Assembly: GCA_016748015.1 (NCBI GenBank)
Contig: JAAOMT010000678.1
Coordinates: 600,389-664,388 of the forward strand
Origin: Geosiphon pyriformis uo1
Taxonomy: Eukaryota > Fungi > Glomeromycota
Direction of reading: 5' to 3'
Length of the DNA stretch: 64,000 bases
Position numbers and translations under genes: made by a program. Below, piece after piece: positions 1 through 12,925 of this stretch (its first letter is position 1; every line of letters begins with the position of its first letter). The notes below the pieces were generated by a model. It saw nothing but the letters and a program-made list of their open reading frames with translations, made no database searches and had not been told where the DNA came from.

Positions 1-1199
1 TTCAAAGGATTATGCATTCATGCTAGAATATTCCATGTCAATTGCTTGACAATTTCAAAGAATTTGACGAAAAATAGAAAATTTTTACATATATGGGCTC
101 TTGAGCTTTCGATAGATATCATTAGCATTTATAATGAAAGTTTAAATTAATTTTTCCAAAGAATAAACTTATATCAAGGTCAAACTTACAAAATTTTTAA
201 ATGTTATAATTGGCTAGAACTTCTATCATTACTAATAATAATACTTTAATTTATTTTTAATTTATTTGTTACTGTTTAATTTATTGTTGTGAATTGAAAT
301 AACAAATTAATCAATAGCTGAAAATAAAATTTAAGCAAATAAAAGAAGTAAATTGATTATGAAAATAATTTTTTTTCACATGACTTGTTTTTTTGACATA
401 TTTTGTATGTTTTAGGTATTTAAGAATTTTATTAAAAATGATTACTCAAGTGAATATAACTTAATTATAATCACAAATTAATAAAGTTTTTGTTAAAAAA
501 TTTATTAATAAAATAATATTACAAATAGCGATTTTAAAAGTGTAACCAAATTTTCTTAATAAAATTTTGATTGGTCCAAAAATGGTAACAAAGTTAAAAT
601 AATTAAGCTTTAAACTAAAAATAAAATAAGCTAATATTATTGAATGTTTTAAATTGGAATTGCACAACACTTTAAAAAAATATGGTATTATAGAATAAAA
701 TAAAATAAAAATTATTAAACAATAACTATCTTTTATAATAGTCAGTCTTATATTGGAAAGCTTTAAATTATACAGAAAAAAGTTGCACGGAAATAAATTT
801 TAATATTAATTAAAATTATTATAAAATTATTAATAAATAGGATATACAAATATATTTTTATTATAATTAAAATATAAAAAATAAATCAGATTGAAATAAA
901 TATTTTAATTAATTAAAAATGTATAACAATTAGTTATTTTTAATATTTGTCAATATTTATTATTAATTAATATTTTTACATATGGTTTTCAAATTTTATG
1001 CACATATTAAAATTAGCAAATATAAATAAATTATTTTAAAGATAAAAATAATTTATATCACCATTAAATTAAAAATATTAAACTAGAGAATTACACTTAT
1101 TAAAACAATTTTAATAAAATGCAATCCAATTGCTACTTATTTACACAATACTAAATATGTTTTATTATAAGTGCAGCTTACATACTTTCTATATATAAT

Positions 1200-2900
1200 T
1201 AGCCACTTAAACCTTGTATTAAGATCATATTAAACTAAAATAAAACTAGAAAAAATTCCAATTATCTAATTTTATTTAAATTCTGGCTATGAAAAATGAA
1301 CTCGTTTAGCTAAAGTCTAATCTTATCAACATTTGATATTATATTAGAGTTCAACAATTTTCACAAAACAATTAACTAAATTATAGTATTTTTATTTATT
1401 ACAAAATTGTTTTCATTATTTGCAATATCTTTATATAATATGTACATATTACATTTTTTTTGGCTTTAGTAATACTTTTATACAAATCTGTAAAATTTTA
1501 CTAAAGAACTTAATTTTAGTTTCTACAATTTTCCAATTTTAAATTTGTATTTTAAACAAAAAGCAAAATAACAACCTAGATTATTATTATATTAATAAAC
1601 ATAATTAAGAATTCTATTAACAAACATAATTAAGAATTCTATTAACAAAAAAAAGATTTTACAGCCTTTTTTACCAATAATATACAATATTAGTTTTACA
1701 AAAGAACAATAACTTTGGCATATAATACAAATAACTTGATTTTAGATGTTAGTATAATAAAATAAATAAATTTGTAATTAAATACTAAATAATTAAAATC
1801 TTAACACTTATAACAGTATCAATATCCAAAAGTTTTTTTACCAAATATAACTCTTTTAAAGTATTAGTTTTAAAAATAGTAGTATTATAAGCTTTTTTAA
1901 ACTTAAAAATGACAATAATATATTTTTAATAACAATTATTATTAAAAAGCCAAAGAATAAAACCAGTTTGTTTACACATTTAAACAAATATATATTCCTA
2001 ATTTTAAAAGAATACAATTAAAAAAAGATTAACTAATTTGGCTTTAAAAACATTATATAAAACAATTATTTTTTTGAATCAGAAACACTGTTTTTTAATT
2101 AAAACTGATTAGCAACTTCAAAAGTTTTAAAAGTTTTAAAATAAATAATTACAAACCAACAGATTTCAAAAACTTTACCAAGAATTTTAAGAGCATTTTT
2201 ATTATTATTAAAAAAACTTTTTATAAAGAACAAAAACCACAGCAATTTTGCGATTTAAAAATAATAAATAAATAAAATTTAGCAAGTTTAGCAAGTTTAA
2301 TTCTAATAACAATATGTAAAAAACTTAAAATACAAATTTTATATGAAAAAGTCTAATATTGTTTTTGGTAATAAACTTTATATTAATAATACAATGTAAA
2401 AACTAGGAACACAGTTTTAATATAAACTTATTTAATTTTAATATTTGTATTAAGCACCAAAATTAAAACACTTATTCAGACATTTTTAAATATTATTATA
2501 ACCAACAGTGTTTTTAGAAAAAACAGGTTTGATTTCTATTTTATTAATCTAATTTTGGTAATTAAGTAATGTAATAGTATAATAATAAAATTTATATGCT
2601 AAAACATAACTTGTTTTGCTTTTAAAATCAGCAATAATTGACCAAATCTATTTGTATTAAATAATATAACCAAATATTAATTCAAGACAAATTTGGCAAA
2701 CATATTATTATTGTTATTATTTAAAACAGAAAAAAACAGCCAAAATAGAATCAAGCACTGTAATTAGTGCTGGTATAACAAAATTGGTAAAAAACTAAAG
2801 TTTAATTTTACAAAAAAAGAAATGCAAACTTTAAAACAAAAAAATGCTTAATATAACTTGTAAAATTATATAAAAATTTTATTATATGAATATAATTATT
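1200..2900. repeat. AT-eroded copy of an unclassified interspersed repeat (family R1)
   Basis: 2340-2760 aligns by eye, in the same orientation, with 8400-8850 and 55620-55990. Extremely low GC, almost no CpG, no intact ORF. Boundaries approximate. Confidence 0.65.
1597..1646. repeat. Perfect 25-bp tandem duplication
   Basis: aaacataattaagaattctattaac occurs twice in tandem. Confidence 0.9.
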
Positions 2901-3499
2901 AATAAATATTTTATTTAATTTCAAATTTGAATAAAAAAAATAAATATCTTGTAAAAATTATAAATAAGTATTATATTTGAAAAAAATTAATATTTAAATC
3001 TTATATTAGAACTATTTTATTTTTTAAGACCAAAATTTGAATACGATTAATGAAATTTAAATTAGCAAGTTTCTTAAATTATTATTTTATCTATTGGAAT
3101 CAAAGACTATAGCTATTAAACTTACTTTTAATTTATTAATTGTTATAGTGCAAAACATTTAAAGTTATTAAAGAAATTTTAAATGTATCTAGTTTTTTAG
3201 AATCTTAAATAATTTAAATAAGATTTGATAAAATGATTAATTAAGTTGAGTTCTATTATGATATTTGAAGAAAGCTTCAATTACATAAATTTTGCTCAAG
3301 TTATTAAGATTTTAAAATTGCTAGTTTTAAAAATGTTTAACTCGATTCGGAAACATTCTGACCAATAAGTTTTAGAGTAACATGTAACACGTGATTGATA
3401 AATTCTCAAACGGAATTACATTTAATCAATTTTTACACTCAAACCTAAATATCATTTGATAAACATAACCGAAAAATCAACATATTATAAAAAATATGA

Positions 3500-4914
3500 T
3501 TTGATTAGAATTTGAACAAAAGCAGCCAGTAATACTACCAAAATTACACAATATTTTGCTGCAAGCAATATTGAATCTTTTTACATAAAGCTAATACTTT
3601 TTTGATTGAATCAGATTCTGAAACTTGGGAAAATGCCAACCAAATTAAACAAAAAATTTAGTCATTATACAATAAATTAAATAGCTAATAATATATTGCC
3701 AAGATTACATCAAGAAAAAACAAAAAAACAAATAGATCAATTAATAATAAAAATATGGCTGCACATTGCAAAAGATAATTAAGAACACAAATTTTACTGT
3801 TACTTTAGCAAAATTTATTAATAAATATAAAATACAAAGAAAAAATTCATTGCAATTTGAATTGTTTCATGCTGGCTCAATATATTAGATTATAAATTTC
3901 AACAACGGTATTAAGAAATATTTTATGATGATCATAAAAGACAAAATGTTATTAAATGTTGTCAAAAATTTTTAAATCAAATAGAAAAAAGAAAATAAAA
4001 GATTAATTATGGTCAGTGAATTTTTCACAAAGTGGATGGAAGACTACAACTCAAACTTGCTAATATTCAAAATTATCCAACAATTTCAAAAGAAGCAGGC
4101 TGTTATTTAAAGCCAAGAAAAAATACTGAAGAATATTGTCTGTCGAAAATTTAATTGAACAATTAGAAAAAAAAGCAATTCCAATTATTGAAGTGCTTTA
4201 TCCAGATTGCATAGGTGTTTTTGCTTTTGATAACAGTTCAAATTATGCAGCATATCAAAAAGATGCTTTAGTAATACAGCAACTAAGTCTTAAACCTGGT
4301 AGAAAATAACCAAAAATGCATGATACATATTTGGGACCAAATAATCAATATTAATCAATGGTATTTTCATTAAATTATTCTAATAAAAAATTAAGAGGAC
4401 AACCTAAAGAATGCATCAAATTTTATTAAAAAGAGAAAAATAGCCATTAAAAGGACAAAGAATGCAAAAACAAAAACACTTTTTGTTGTGCATACCAAGT
4501 AATTTCTTTGGAAACAGATTTTTTAGCACAAAAAAATGCAATTGCAGAAGTAATTAAAAAAGCAGGACACAAATGGATTTTTTATCCTAAATTTTATTGG
4601 GTGCTGGATTTTATTGAGAGATATTAGGGAGCAGCCAAACGTTATGCCAAAGAAAATTGTGATTATTCATAGACAGAATTGCAACAAATTGTACCTCAAA
4701 GTCTCGAATCTGTGCTTTTAATTATAATTAGAATATTTGCTAGAAAAACTTGGTGTTATATGAATCTTTATAGAAAAGAAATTTGTGGTAAACTTGCAGA
4801 ATATGCAGTTAAAAAATACAAGTCTCATAGGAGAATTCCAGATAGTATTTTAGAAGAATTAAATATATAATTTTATTCTCATTAATAAAATCGTTTTTCC
4901 AAATATCGGACTGA
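3500..4914 (+). mobile_element. Decayed fungal Tc1/IS630-like (DDE_3-type) DNA transposon
   Basis: Broken frames give AIPIIEVLYPDCIGVFAFDNSSNYAAY (~4175-4255), FYPKFYWVLDFIERY*GAAKRYAKENCDYS (~4580-4670) and AEYAVKKYKSHRRIP, typical of this fungal transposase family. Many stops and frameshifts. Left boundary approximate. Confidence 0.8.
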
Positions 4915-5295
4915 TCAAGACTTCAAATGACTTGCACCATAATTATTACCATTTAATAATTTTTCTTAAAAACTCCTTAGACTAATTTATTTCACAAGCT
5001 CTTATAAGAGATAGTGACTTTTGAGCCTACAAAAGTTTTTCTTTTGCTAATTTGATTAGATAGAGGTTTTCAAATTAAATTTTGATCAAATGGGCATTAC
5101 TTGCTTAGATTTTTTCTTAAACAAGAACTTAATTGAACAAATGTATCAACGTCAATATTTGTCATAAATTTGGGCAAAATTATGCGGCCAGATTCACAAT
5201 GACGCATTTTTAACCCAACTGATTGACAATAATTATTGTCTCCAAGGAACCTATCAAATCATTGTTTTTTGCTTTTTCTTCCTTTACAAAAAAAG

Positions 5296-5583
5296 ATGAA
5301 AAATAACAATAGCAACGCCCCTACAACTTTTAAAAATAACAGCAACCGAAATACTACTCACTCTTCTGCCTGGCGTCGTTACCAAAGAGTAGAACAACGA
5401 CACCTTAGGCCTGTGTTCCCCTGGTCCAGAGTACAGGCGCGAGGTGTTGTTGCATCTGTTTGGCCGCAGCAGCAGGTTGCCGCTCGCCAAATTCATCGGC
5501 TTCTTGCTGTTTTATTGCAGCAAAGACAGGTTAACGAGGCTGAAGCTGGAGCAATAGAAGCATTGTTTATGCTTCATGGTTGA
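5296..5583 (+). CDS. Small intronless hypothetical protein, 95 aa from the first ATG
   Basis: GC-rich open frame against an AT background. Asn-rich N-terminus; C-terminus EAGAIEALFMLHG*. Confidence 0.55.
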   Translation: MKNNNSNAPTTFKNNSNRNTTHSSAWRRYQRVEQRHLRPVFPWSRVQARGVVASVWPQQQVAARQIHRLLAVLLQQRQVNEAEAGAIEALFMLHG

Positions 5584-7299
5584 CTTTCTCCACCTGCCAT
5601 GTAATACAACAGGTGCTTATCTTTTTTCTCTTTCCCTTTCCTGTTTTGTTTTTACTGGTAAATTTTCTTTTGTATCAATTATTTAATCAACTTTTTTCAT
5701 TGTGAATTTAACTTTATCTCCTCTGTTATTTAGGTCATCCTTTCTTAATTCACACGGTTTTAAAAACACAGATCAACTCCTTTTAATTATCCTTAACGTA
5801 AGTGAAGCAATTAGTCGTCTTAATACCTCGGGAATGTTTAATTGTAACATCGAGAAGTTGTTCTCTTTCGATTATGAAAATCTTAGAACTGAAGGGTCAC
5901 AAAAAGCTATATCAACAAATGTACGTTTCAGCAAATTCGAAGCAAACTGGAATCTTTGAATTAACTCGTCACTTATAATCAGCAAGACCTCGTATTAATA
6001 ACGACGGTATCTTTATCGATGGAGTCTTATCTTTAATGGTTGCCACAATTTATACCAAAATTCTAAAAAGGGAGTGGTGATGAGTAGCATTATGGGAAAA
6101 TTTCATCATCAATTAAAAACATAAAAGTATCAGCAAAATGGTTGGTTAACACTTAAAATTTTCTTATCCCATGTTAAGTCCGGTTGTGCTTCATTAATAA
6201 TACTACAAAGTTAGACCAAAGATCTTGGTTTCTCTAGTTTATATTTTATTACAAGAATAATTTTTGGATGAATGTGCTCGTTTACCACACTCAATTTATG
6301 GAGTTGAATACGTAACTGGTTCACAGATCTTACACTTCTATTGAATAACTACATGTATAAGGGTATAAAAATCATTTTGAAGCTTTCGTCTGTAATTAAT
6401 GCAATTAAGAGGAGAGAAATAACAATTATACTTAAAAATTAAGATCAAATTCTTTAGGTAAAAGTGCTAATTTGCAGGTAATAAAAAGAAATTCCGTCTT
6501 GATGGATTGAAAAAGAATCTAGGTATGATTTGATAATTATCAACATATTTCAAATATTATTTGTATCATTGGAATCAATTTTTATTTATAGACTGGCAAT
6601 TTTTAATGATTAACAATAAATTATAAAATATAAATTTTAAGCAGTTCTACTTAAAAATTATCCTGAACTTGATATCAAAATTATTAAATCATTGTCTTTA
6701 TTTAAATTATAATTTACAAATCTTAGGATAATTTTCTTATTTATATTATAATTTACTAATAACTATATATAAAATTTTTTTTAGTAAAAATCTTAATTCT
6801 TAATTTTATTTTTGTTTAATTTTAATTCTACAACCTCTCATTTGTAACATTTACAATATTATAAATAAAAAAATTATGTTTATATAAAGGTTATAAAATT
6901 GAGTCAATAGAAAAAATGTTTGCTAAATTTTATATATATATAAAATGAAGCAAAAAGATGAAATCTCACAATAGTATGTTTAATATACTCGATTTAAGTT
7001 CAATTTAGAACATTTAAGATGAAAATAAAACACAAATTTAATACAAAGTTTGAGAAATAATTTGCAAAAAATAATAATTTTTATATAGATAATAATTTTA
7101 AAATGCTCAAATAAAAAAATTAAGACAAATATTAAAACATAAAATTAACTTAAAAGGATTATTAATAAAAATATAAAACAGCCAATTTTTTTGTATTTTA
7201 TAAAGTAATTATAATAAAAAAAGTAAGTTTATTTTGCTTTAAAAAAACCATAAATTGTATGCAAATATTTGTTGCAGAAATTAATCAAATGTATAAGAA

Positions 7300-8900
7300 T
7301 AAATAGCAATTTACCAAAATAACAACTTGAAACATCCAAGCATTTTTATTATTTTTATCATGTCCGATTGCTCTTTGATACAATACAACAAAAAATGTTC
7401 TAAATAAGACACAACTTATGGACTTTTTATATGTAACCAGCCACTCGAGCCAGACAAGAACAAACTACAGTGAATTTACAGAAGCAAATTTATTTAATAC
7501 AACCATTTTTTGCATAATTACAATTAAACTGTTACTACCAAGAACCAAACTAGCTAACTATACAACAGTTTTATTTGTATCAGATTTGATATTAAAAGTC
7601 TAGTAAATTTTTTTTACTAATAAAAGAATTTGCATTATTATCAATCATATTATTAGATAAACTATTCATATTACACTCTATCTTAAAATTAATTATCACT
7701 TTATTTAGGTTACTATCAATTTTTCTACAAAATGTTATTAATTACAAGAATTGTTTTCTTAATTTTAAAATCCAAAAAAGAACACTTACCAATCTTGTAA
7801 CTAAAACAATTAAGAAGCCAATAAACCTAACTAACAAGAAAAATTTAGCCAACTTAAAATCAAAAGATGCTAATTTAGAGCTGACTACAGAATTAAAAAC
7901 AACAATAAAAGAAAAAATTAAAAAAAGCACGGTCTTCAAAAATATTTTGCACAAATAAAAAACTTTTAAAAATCCTAAAACCTATTGCTAACTTAAAAAA
8001 AAGCTTAAGAGAACAAAAAACAAGATATTTTGTACTTAAAAGCCAAATAATTCAAATTTTGCACCTAAAACAGTGTTAATAACCAGAATTTTCCTATTAA
8101 ATACAACTTTTTCTTAAAATACAAGTTTCAACAAAGGCTTTCTCCAATTTAACTTGAAAATTAAAAGTAACAATAGCATATTTTAACCACTAAGTAGAAT
8201 TAAAAACAAAAAAATAAAACAGGTATAACCACATATTTAAGAAATTAGCTTATTAATTTTAAAAACAGTATAATTAAATTAAAAAGTTACCAATTTAGTC
8301 TTAAAAGTATTCTTTAAAAAAACATCATAAAGAATAATAACAACAAAACCAAAACCAAATATTTTAAAATTTTAAGAGTAATTTAGAAAATCGAATCTGA
8401 ATAGCAATATTCAAAAAAGCCTAAAATATAATTTTTATACAAAAAAACTAGGCATTGTTTTTAACAATTATTTTTAAATTAAGAAAATTATATAGAGACT
8501 GAAATACAATCTTAATATAAACCAATTTAGTTTAAGCAATATTATTAAACATTAAAATAAAGACTATTTACTTAGAAAATTTTTAATAATTAGTAAATGT
8601 CTTTTAAACATTATAAAAACTAGCAGTATTTTTAAAAAACAGAAGAAAAAATAATAATTTGGTCTTTATTTAATCAATTTAATCTTTGGATTAAATAATC
8701 TAATAGATTAATTAATTAAAACTATATAGAAAAATATAACTTGTTTTATTGATAAATATTAAATAAAATTTAATATATTAAACAAATTAGCTATTACTAA
8801 TTAGAATTAGCTTTGATAAACATATTGTTATTATTATTATCTAAATAAAAAAAGTTATTGTTTACAGTTATATTTAGATTATACATTATAATTAGTACAG
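7300..8900. repeat. AT-eroded R1 repeat copy
   Basis: 7420-7560 matches 54370-54500; 7770-7920 matches 54730-54900; 8460-8580 is the reverse complement of 10020-10140. Confidence 0.7.
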
Positions 8901-9199
8901 TTACAATAGTTGATTGTTTCAAGTTAAAGAAAAAAAATGTTGATTTTTTGATTTTTTTTGGCTATTAAACAAACATAAAAAAAACTTTAAATAGAAAAAA
9001 ACTTCCAAAAAAATAAATGATTTTTTTACTTTTATTCTAAATATGATTAGGAAAAATAAAATAAAATAAAATAATAATATAATTAAAACTAATAATACAA
9101 AATATTAATTTGTATTATTTAATTTTTTTAGAATTTAAAATTAATGTTATTATAAAATTTTTACACTTTTTTACACTTAAATTTTTATAATAGTAAAAA

Positions 9200-10960
9200 A
9201 TAAATTTTTTTCTCTTTTATATTTTTATAATTACAAAACAAAATGTAAAAAAAAGCAAACTCTATTTTTTTGGCTGTTTTTAATAATTTTGATATTTAAA
9301 AAAGTTTTTTAAAGATAGAAACAGCAAGATAGTATTTTTTTAAAGCATTTTTTTTAAGTAATAAAAACACAAAATAGCATTTAACTACTAAAAAATTAAA
9401 CTTTTTGGTAGTTAAATAAAAATTTCTCTTTATTTAAAGTTTTCTTTAAGTAATTATTATCACTAAGAAAAATTTTAGGGTTTTTAAAAGCAAATTAGTA
9501 ATTAAGCTACTTTTTTCTTTTGTAATCTTTTTTATAATTGCTTAAATAACCAAAAAACACAAAAAAGCAATCTTTTTTAGAACTATTATTATTAACTTTT
9601 TAAAATACTTAATAAGATGTTTTTTTTTAATATTTTTTAGATTAATACTTTTAAATTGAAGTTTGTTTTTTTTTGTTAAAAATAAGATATTAACTTTTTC
9701 AATTTTTTTAATATTTATATTAATCTTATTACAACTGTAATAATTATAATACCCAACTTAAATCTGGTTATAAACAATAATACTTGTTAAAGCTGGCTTT
9801 GATTAACATATAATTAATTTGTTTTAATATGTTAAATTTCAGTTATTTCTAAAAACAAAGCCAAATACACTTTTATAAATCCTATTAATCAAATTATTAA
9901 ATAATTTGATTTTAGAAATTAAGTTAATTAAATAGAAACTAAAGTATTTTTTTGTCTTTTAAAAATATTCCTAATTTAAATGATATTTAAAAAATGTTTA
10001 CTAGTAGTTTTTAAAAAAATTTTGAGTAAATAATTTTTATTTTAATATTTAATAAAACTGTTAAGATTAAATTAACTTATGTTAAAATTGTTCTTAGTTT
10101 TTATATAGTTTTCTTAGTTTAAAATTAGTTACTAAAAACAATATTTGGCTGTTTTGTATAAAGTTTGCATTTTAGGCTTTTTTAGATGCTGTTGTTTAAA
10201 TTAAGCTTACTAAGTTACTTTTTTTTACTACTTTTAAGTTTGGTTTTATTGCTATTGTTTTTTGTAATGTTTTTTTAAAACTATTGTAAATAATATTAAG
10301 AATACTTTGAATATTTTTGGTAAAATTTCTAATGTTTAATTAAAATTGTTAGTTAATAATAACACAATAATATATATTTTAAGTTTATGTATTTTTAGAT
10401 ATTGTATTAACTTATTAATTAGTTTTTGTAAAAAAAACAGTGTTAAAATTTTTTCGATTTAAATAAAAGTTATTATTTTAAAAAACACTTTTTAAAACCA
10501 AGTTATTAAATCTTTTCTTTAGTTATATTGTTTTTGAAATTAATAAGTTGGTTTTTTAAGTATATAATTATATTTGTTTTATTTTTCAATTTCTTAATTC
10601 TACTTGATAGTTAAAATAATTTATTATTAAAATTAATATTTTAAAAAAGAGTTACATTTGGTAGAAAACTTCTTATTGTTAACATTATTTTAAGTATAAA
10701 ATGTTTTTTTCTTATTCATTAAAAATTTTGTTTAAATTTGTATTTGGTTTTAAAATCATTTTACTGATGCGAAATTATATATATATGCTGCTGCTTTTTT
10801 GGTTTTTTTTTCTGTTGCTGTTGTTAATTTTATATTTAATTTTAAATTAGGTTCTTTAAAATATGAATTTGCAAAGTTGGCTTTGTTACTTAGATCTATT
10901 ATTAAATTTAGTTGTTTTTGGTTATGTTGATGACATAAATAGTAGATATTCTATTTGCTA
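9200..10960. repeat. AT-eroded R1 repeat copy, inverted relative to the 7.3-8.9 kb copy
   Basis: Reverse-complement similarity to 7750-8880. Confidence 0.65.
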
Positions 10961-12598
10961 TTGATCTTAAAGTAAAGAAAAAATTGAATTACAAATTTTA
11001 TAAACTGTTTAATCAAAAAAATTGACTAATTTGGTGTTAAAAAAACATAATAAAATGCAACAAAAACAGAATTAGAGATTGATTCAGAAGTCACAGCAGA
11101 TTTAATGTGTAGAAGAAAGTAATTTAATAAGCTTAATTTTCGTAGTAACATTCAAAAAATTGTAAAAAACAAATTTCGTATAAACAGCTTAATATTATTC
11201 TTAGTAATCAAATTAAGACCAATAAAACCAAAAAAAACCAAAAAAACAATTTTTACTATAAGTTAATTTGATTTTTAAAAAAGCATCAAATACTAAAAAA
11301 AGAGCTACTTATCTAAAAATTTTAATGACCAATAAGTTCTTAAACATTAATTATAATATTAAAAAATGCAGTATTATTAAAAAAAGAAAATATTGTTTTA
11401 GTTTTTATAGAGTTACCTTAATTATTTAAAATAAGCAATACTGTTTATTAATCTTAATAAATGTGTTGTCTCTATTATTGTTCAAAATGGAAAGAGCACT
11501 GTTGTTTATAACTGAATTAAAACTAATTGCAATAGTTGGATTGGTAAAATAGAACTGGTAAAAAAATTAGTGCTAAATAAAAAAATCAAAGCTCTATTTT
11601 TTAACGAAAAAAAAACTGGCTCTAAAACAATGTTGATAAATTTATAATTTTTAAAAAACACATAAATGATGCTTTGAAGAATGCCAAAAGAAAAAAATTG
11701 TAGCTGCTAAAGTTGATAATAATAGTGGTTGCTTTAAATCTGTACTATTTAAAAAAAACATTTTTATAAAATTTTGCCTAACTGCTTTTACTGCAAAGAG
11801 AGCTTTTTCAAATATTACTTTTTTGTTTATATTAAAAAAATAGCCATTGCTTATTTTTTTCTTTGGTTCTGCTTGTTAAGAGGCGAAAAAGTCTGTTATA
11901 GTAAGCTGTCACAATTAATGTTTTAGTTTCATAAATTCATAATTTGGCTTAAGACATATGAATTTTAAATAACATAATAATTGATTTATGCAAATTTTTA
12001 TTCAAGAAAATATTTTTAAAGTTGAAAGATAACTATTATCAAATTAATATTCCAAATATTCGTGAATATTGCTGTTATAAAAAGAAACAATAAATATCTT
12101 TAAAAAAATGATAAGCTAGAAAACTTTTATTCCTAATTAAATTATCGAAAAAAATTTTTGTTCGACACAGAAAATTAAATAAGTTTTTCTAAGTTTTAGG
12201 TCACTATATGTGTATATATATTAAAAAATAAGAAAGATTATGTAATAAAATATCTAATAATTAATTTATCTTTTACCAGGTTTAATATCTTAATAATTTT
12301 AACTTAATCATAAAAAGTTTAGCCTAATATAGGTGAGAAATTTATCGAACATCGCATACTATTCCAGAGATGATTCTTCGCGCTACTAAGGAAAAAACAT
12401 GGGAGGTAAAATTTAAAAACAAAAAGGGTCCAGAGTAAAATTTACCCTTCAATTACCAGCTTTCACATATATGTAGAGGTATTAACCTCAAATAATTACC
12501 CATAGTAATGTTCCAAAAAATTTTTGGGATAGAACCTTTAAAATGAGAAAAATTTATTCCCTATTTTAATTGCATTTGATATTAATGTGAGGACGAAA

Positions 12599-12925
12599 TT
12601 AAGGGTGCATTCGAAAGATTTGCCCTTGGTTTCGATTTAAGGAGAAGTCTCTCACTAAGTTGCCAATCCTAGAATCGAGCTCAAGAAATGGAAAAAAGTT
12701 ATCCATTAAAATCGGTGTGATATATCTTTCCCGTGGATAATGAATATTTCGGTTGATATTTTGTTGAAGTCTTTGAAAAGATGGTTTATTTTGGTTCATT
12801 TGTGTTGATGGCATCTTCAACTGCTGGCTTTCCTGCTGAATAAATGTATTGACAATTTGTTGCCAATTGGCGTTATAAGATGAATTTTTTTCAGGCTGGT
12901 AACCAATTTGACTTTGCAGTCTCAT
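12599..12925 (-). CDS. Small His-Pro-terminal protein HP1 (108 aa from the first ATG)
   Basis: Intronless Gln/Asn-rich ORF ending ...LVRDFSLNRNQGQIFRMHP*. TATAAAAA-like element ~140 bp upstream. Confidence 0.6.
   Translation of the reverse strand: MRLQSQIGYQPEKNSSYNANWQQIVNTFIQQESQQLKMPSTQMNQNKPSFQRLQQNINRNIHYPRERYITPILMDNFFPFLELDSRIGNLVRDFSLNRNQGQIFRMHP

Noticed and set aside
3021-3055. Left TIR of the 3.5-4.9 kb transposon
   Set aside because: Only loose similarity to the reverse complement of 4880-4914; cannot be told apart from AT-rich chance.
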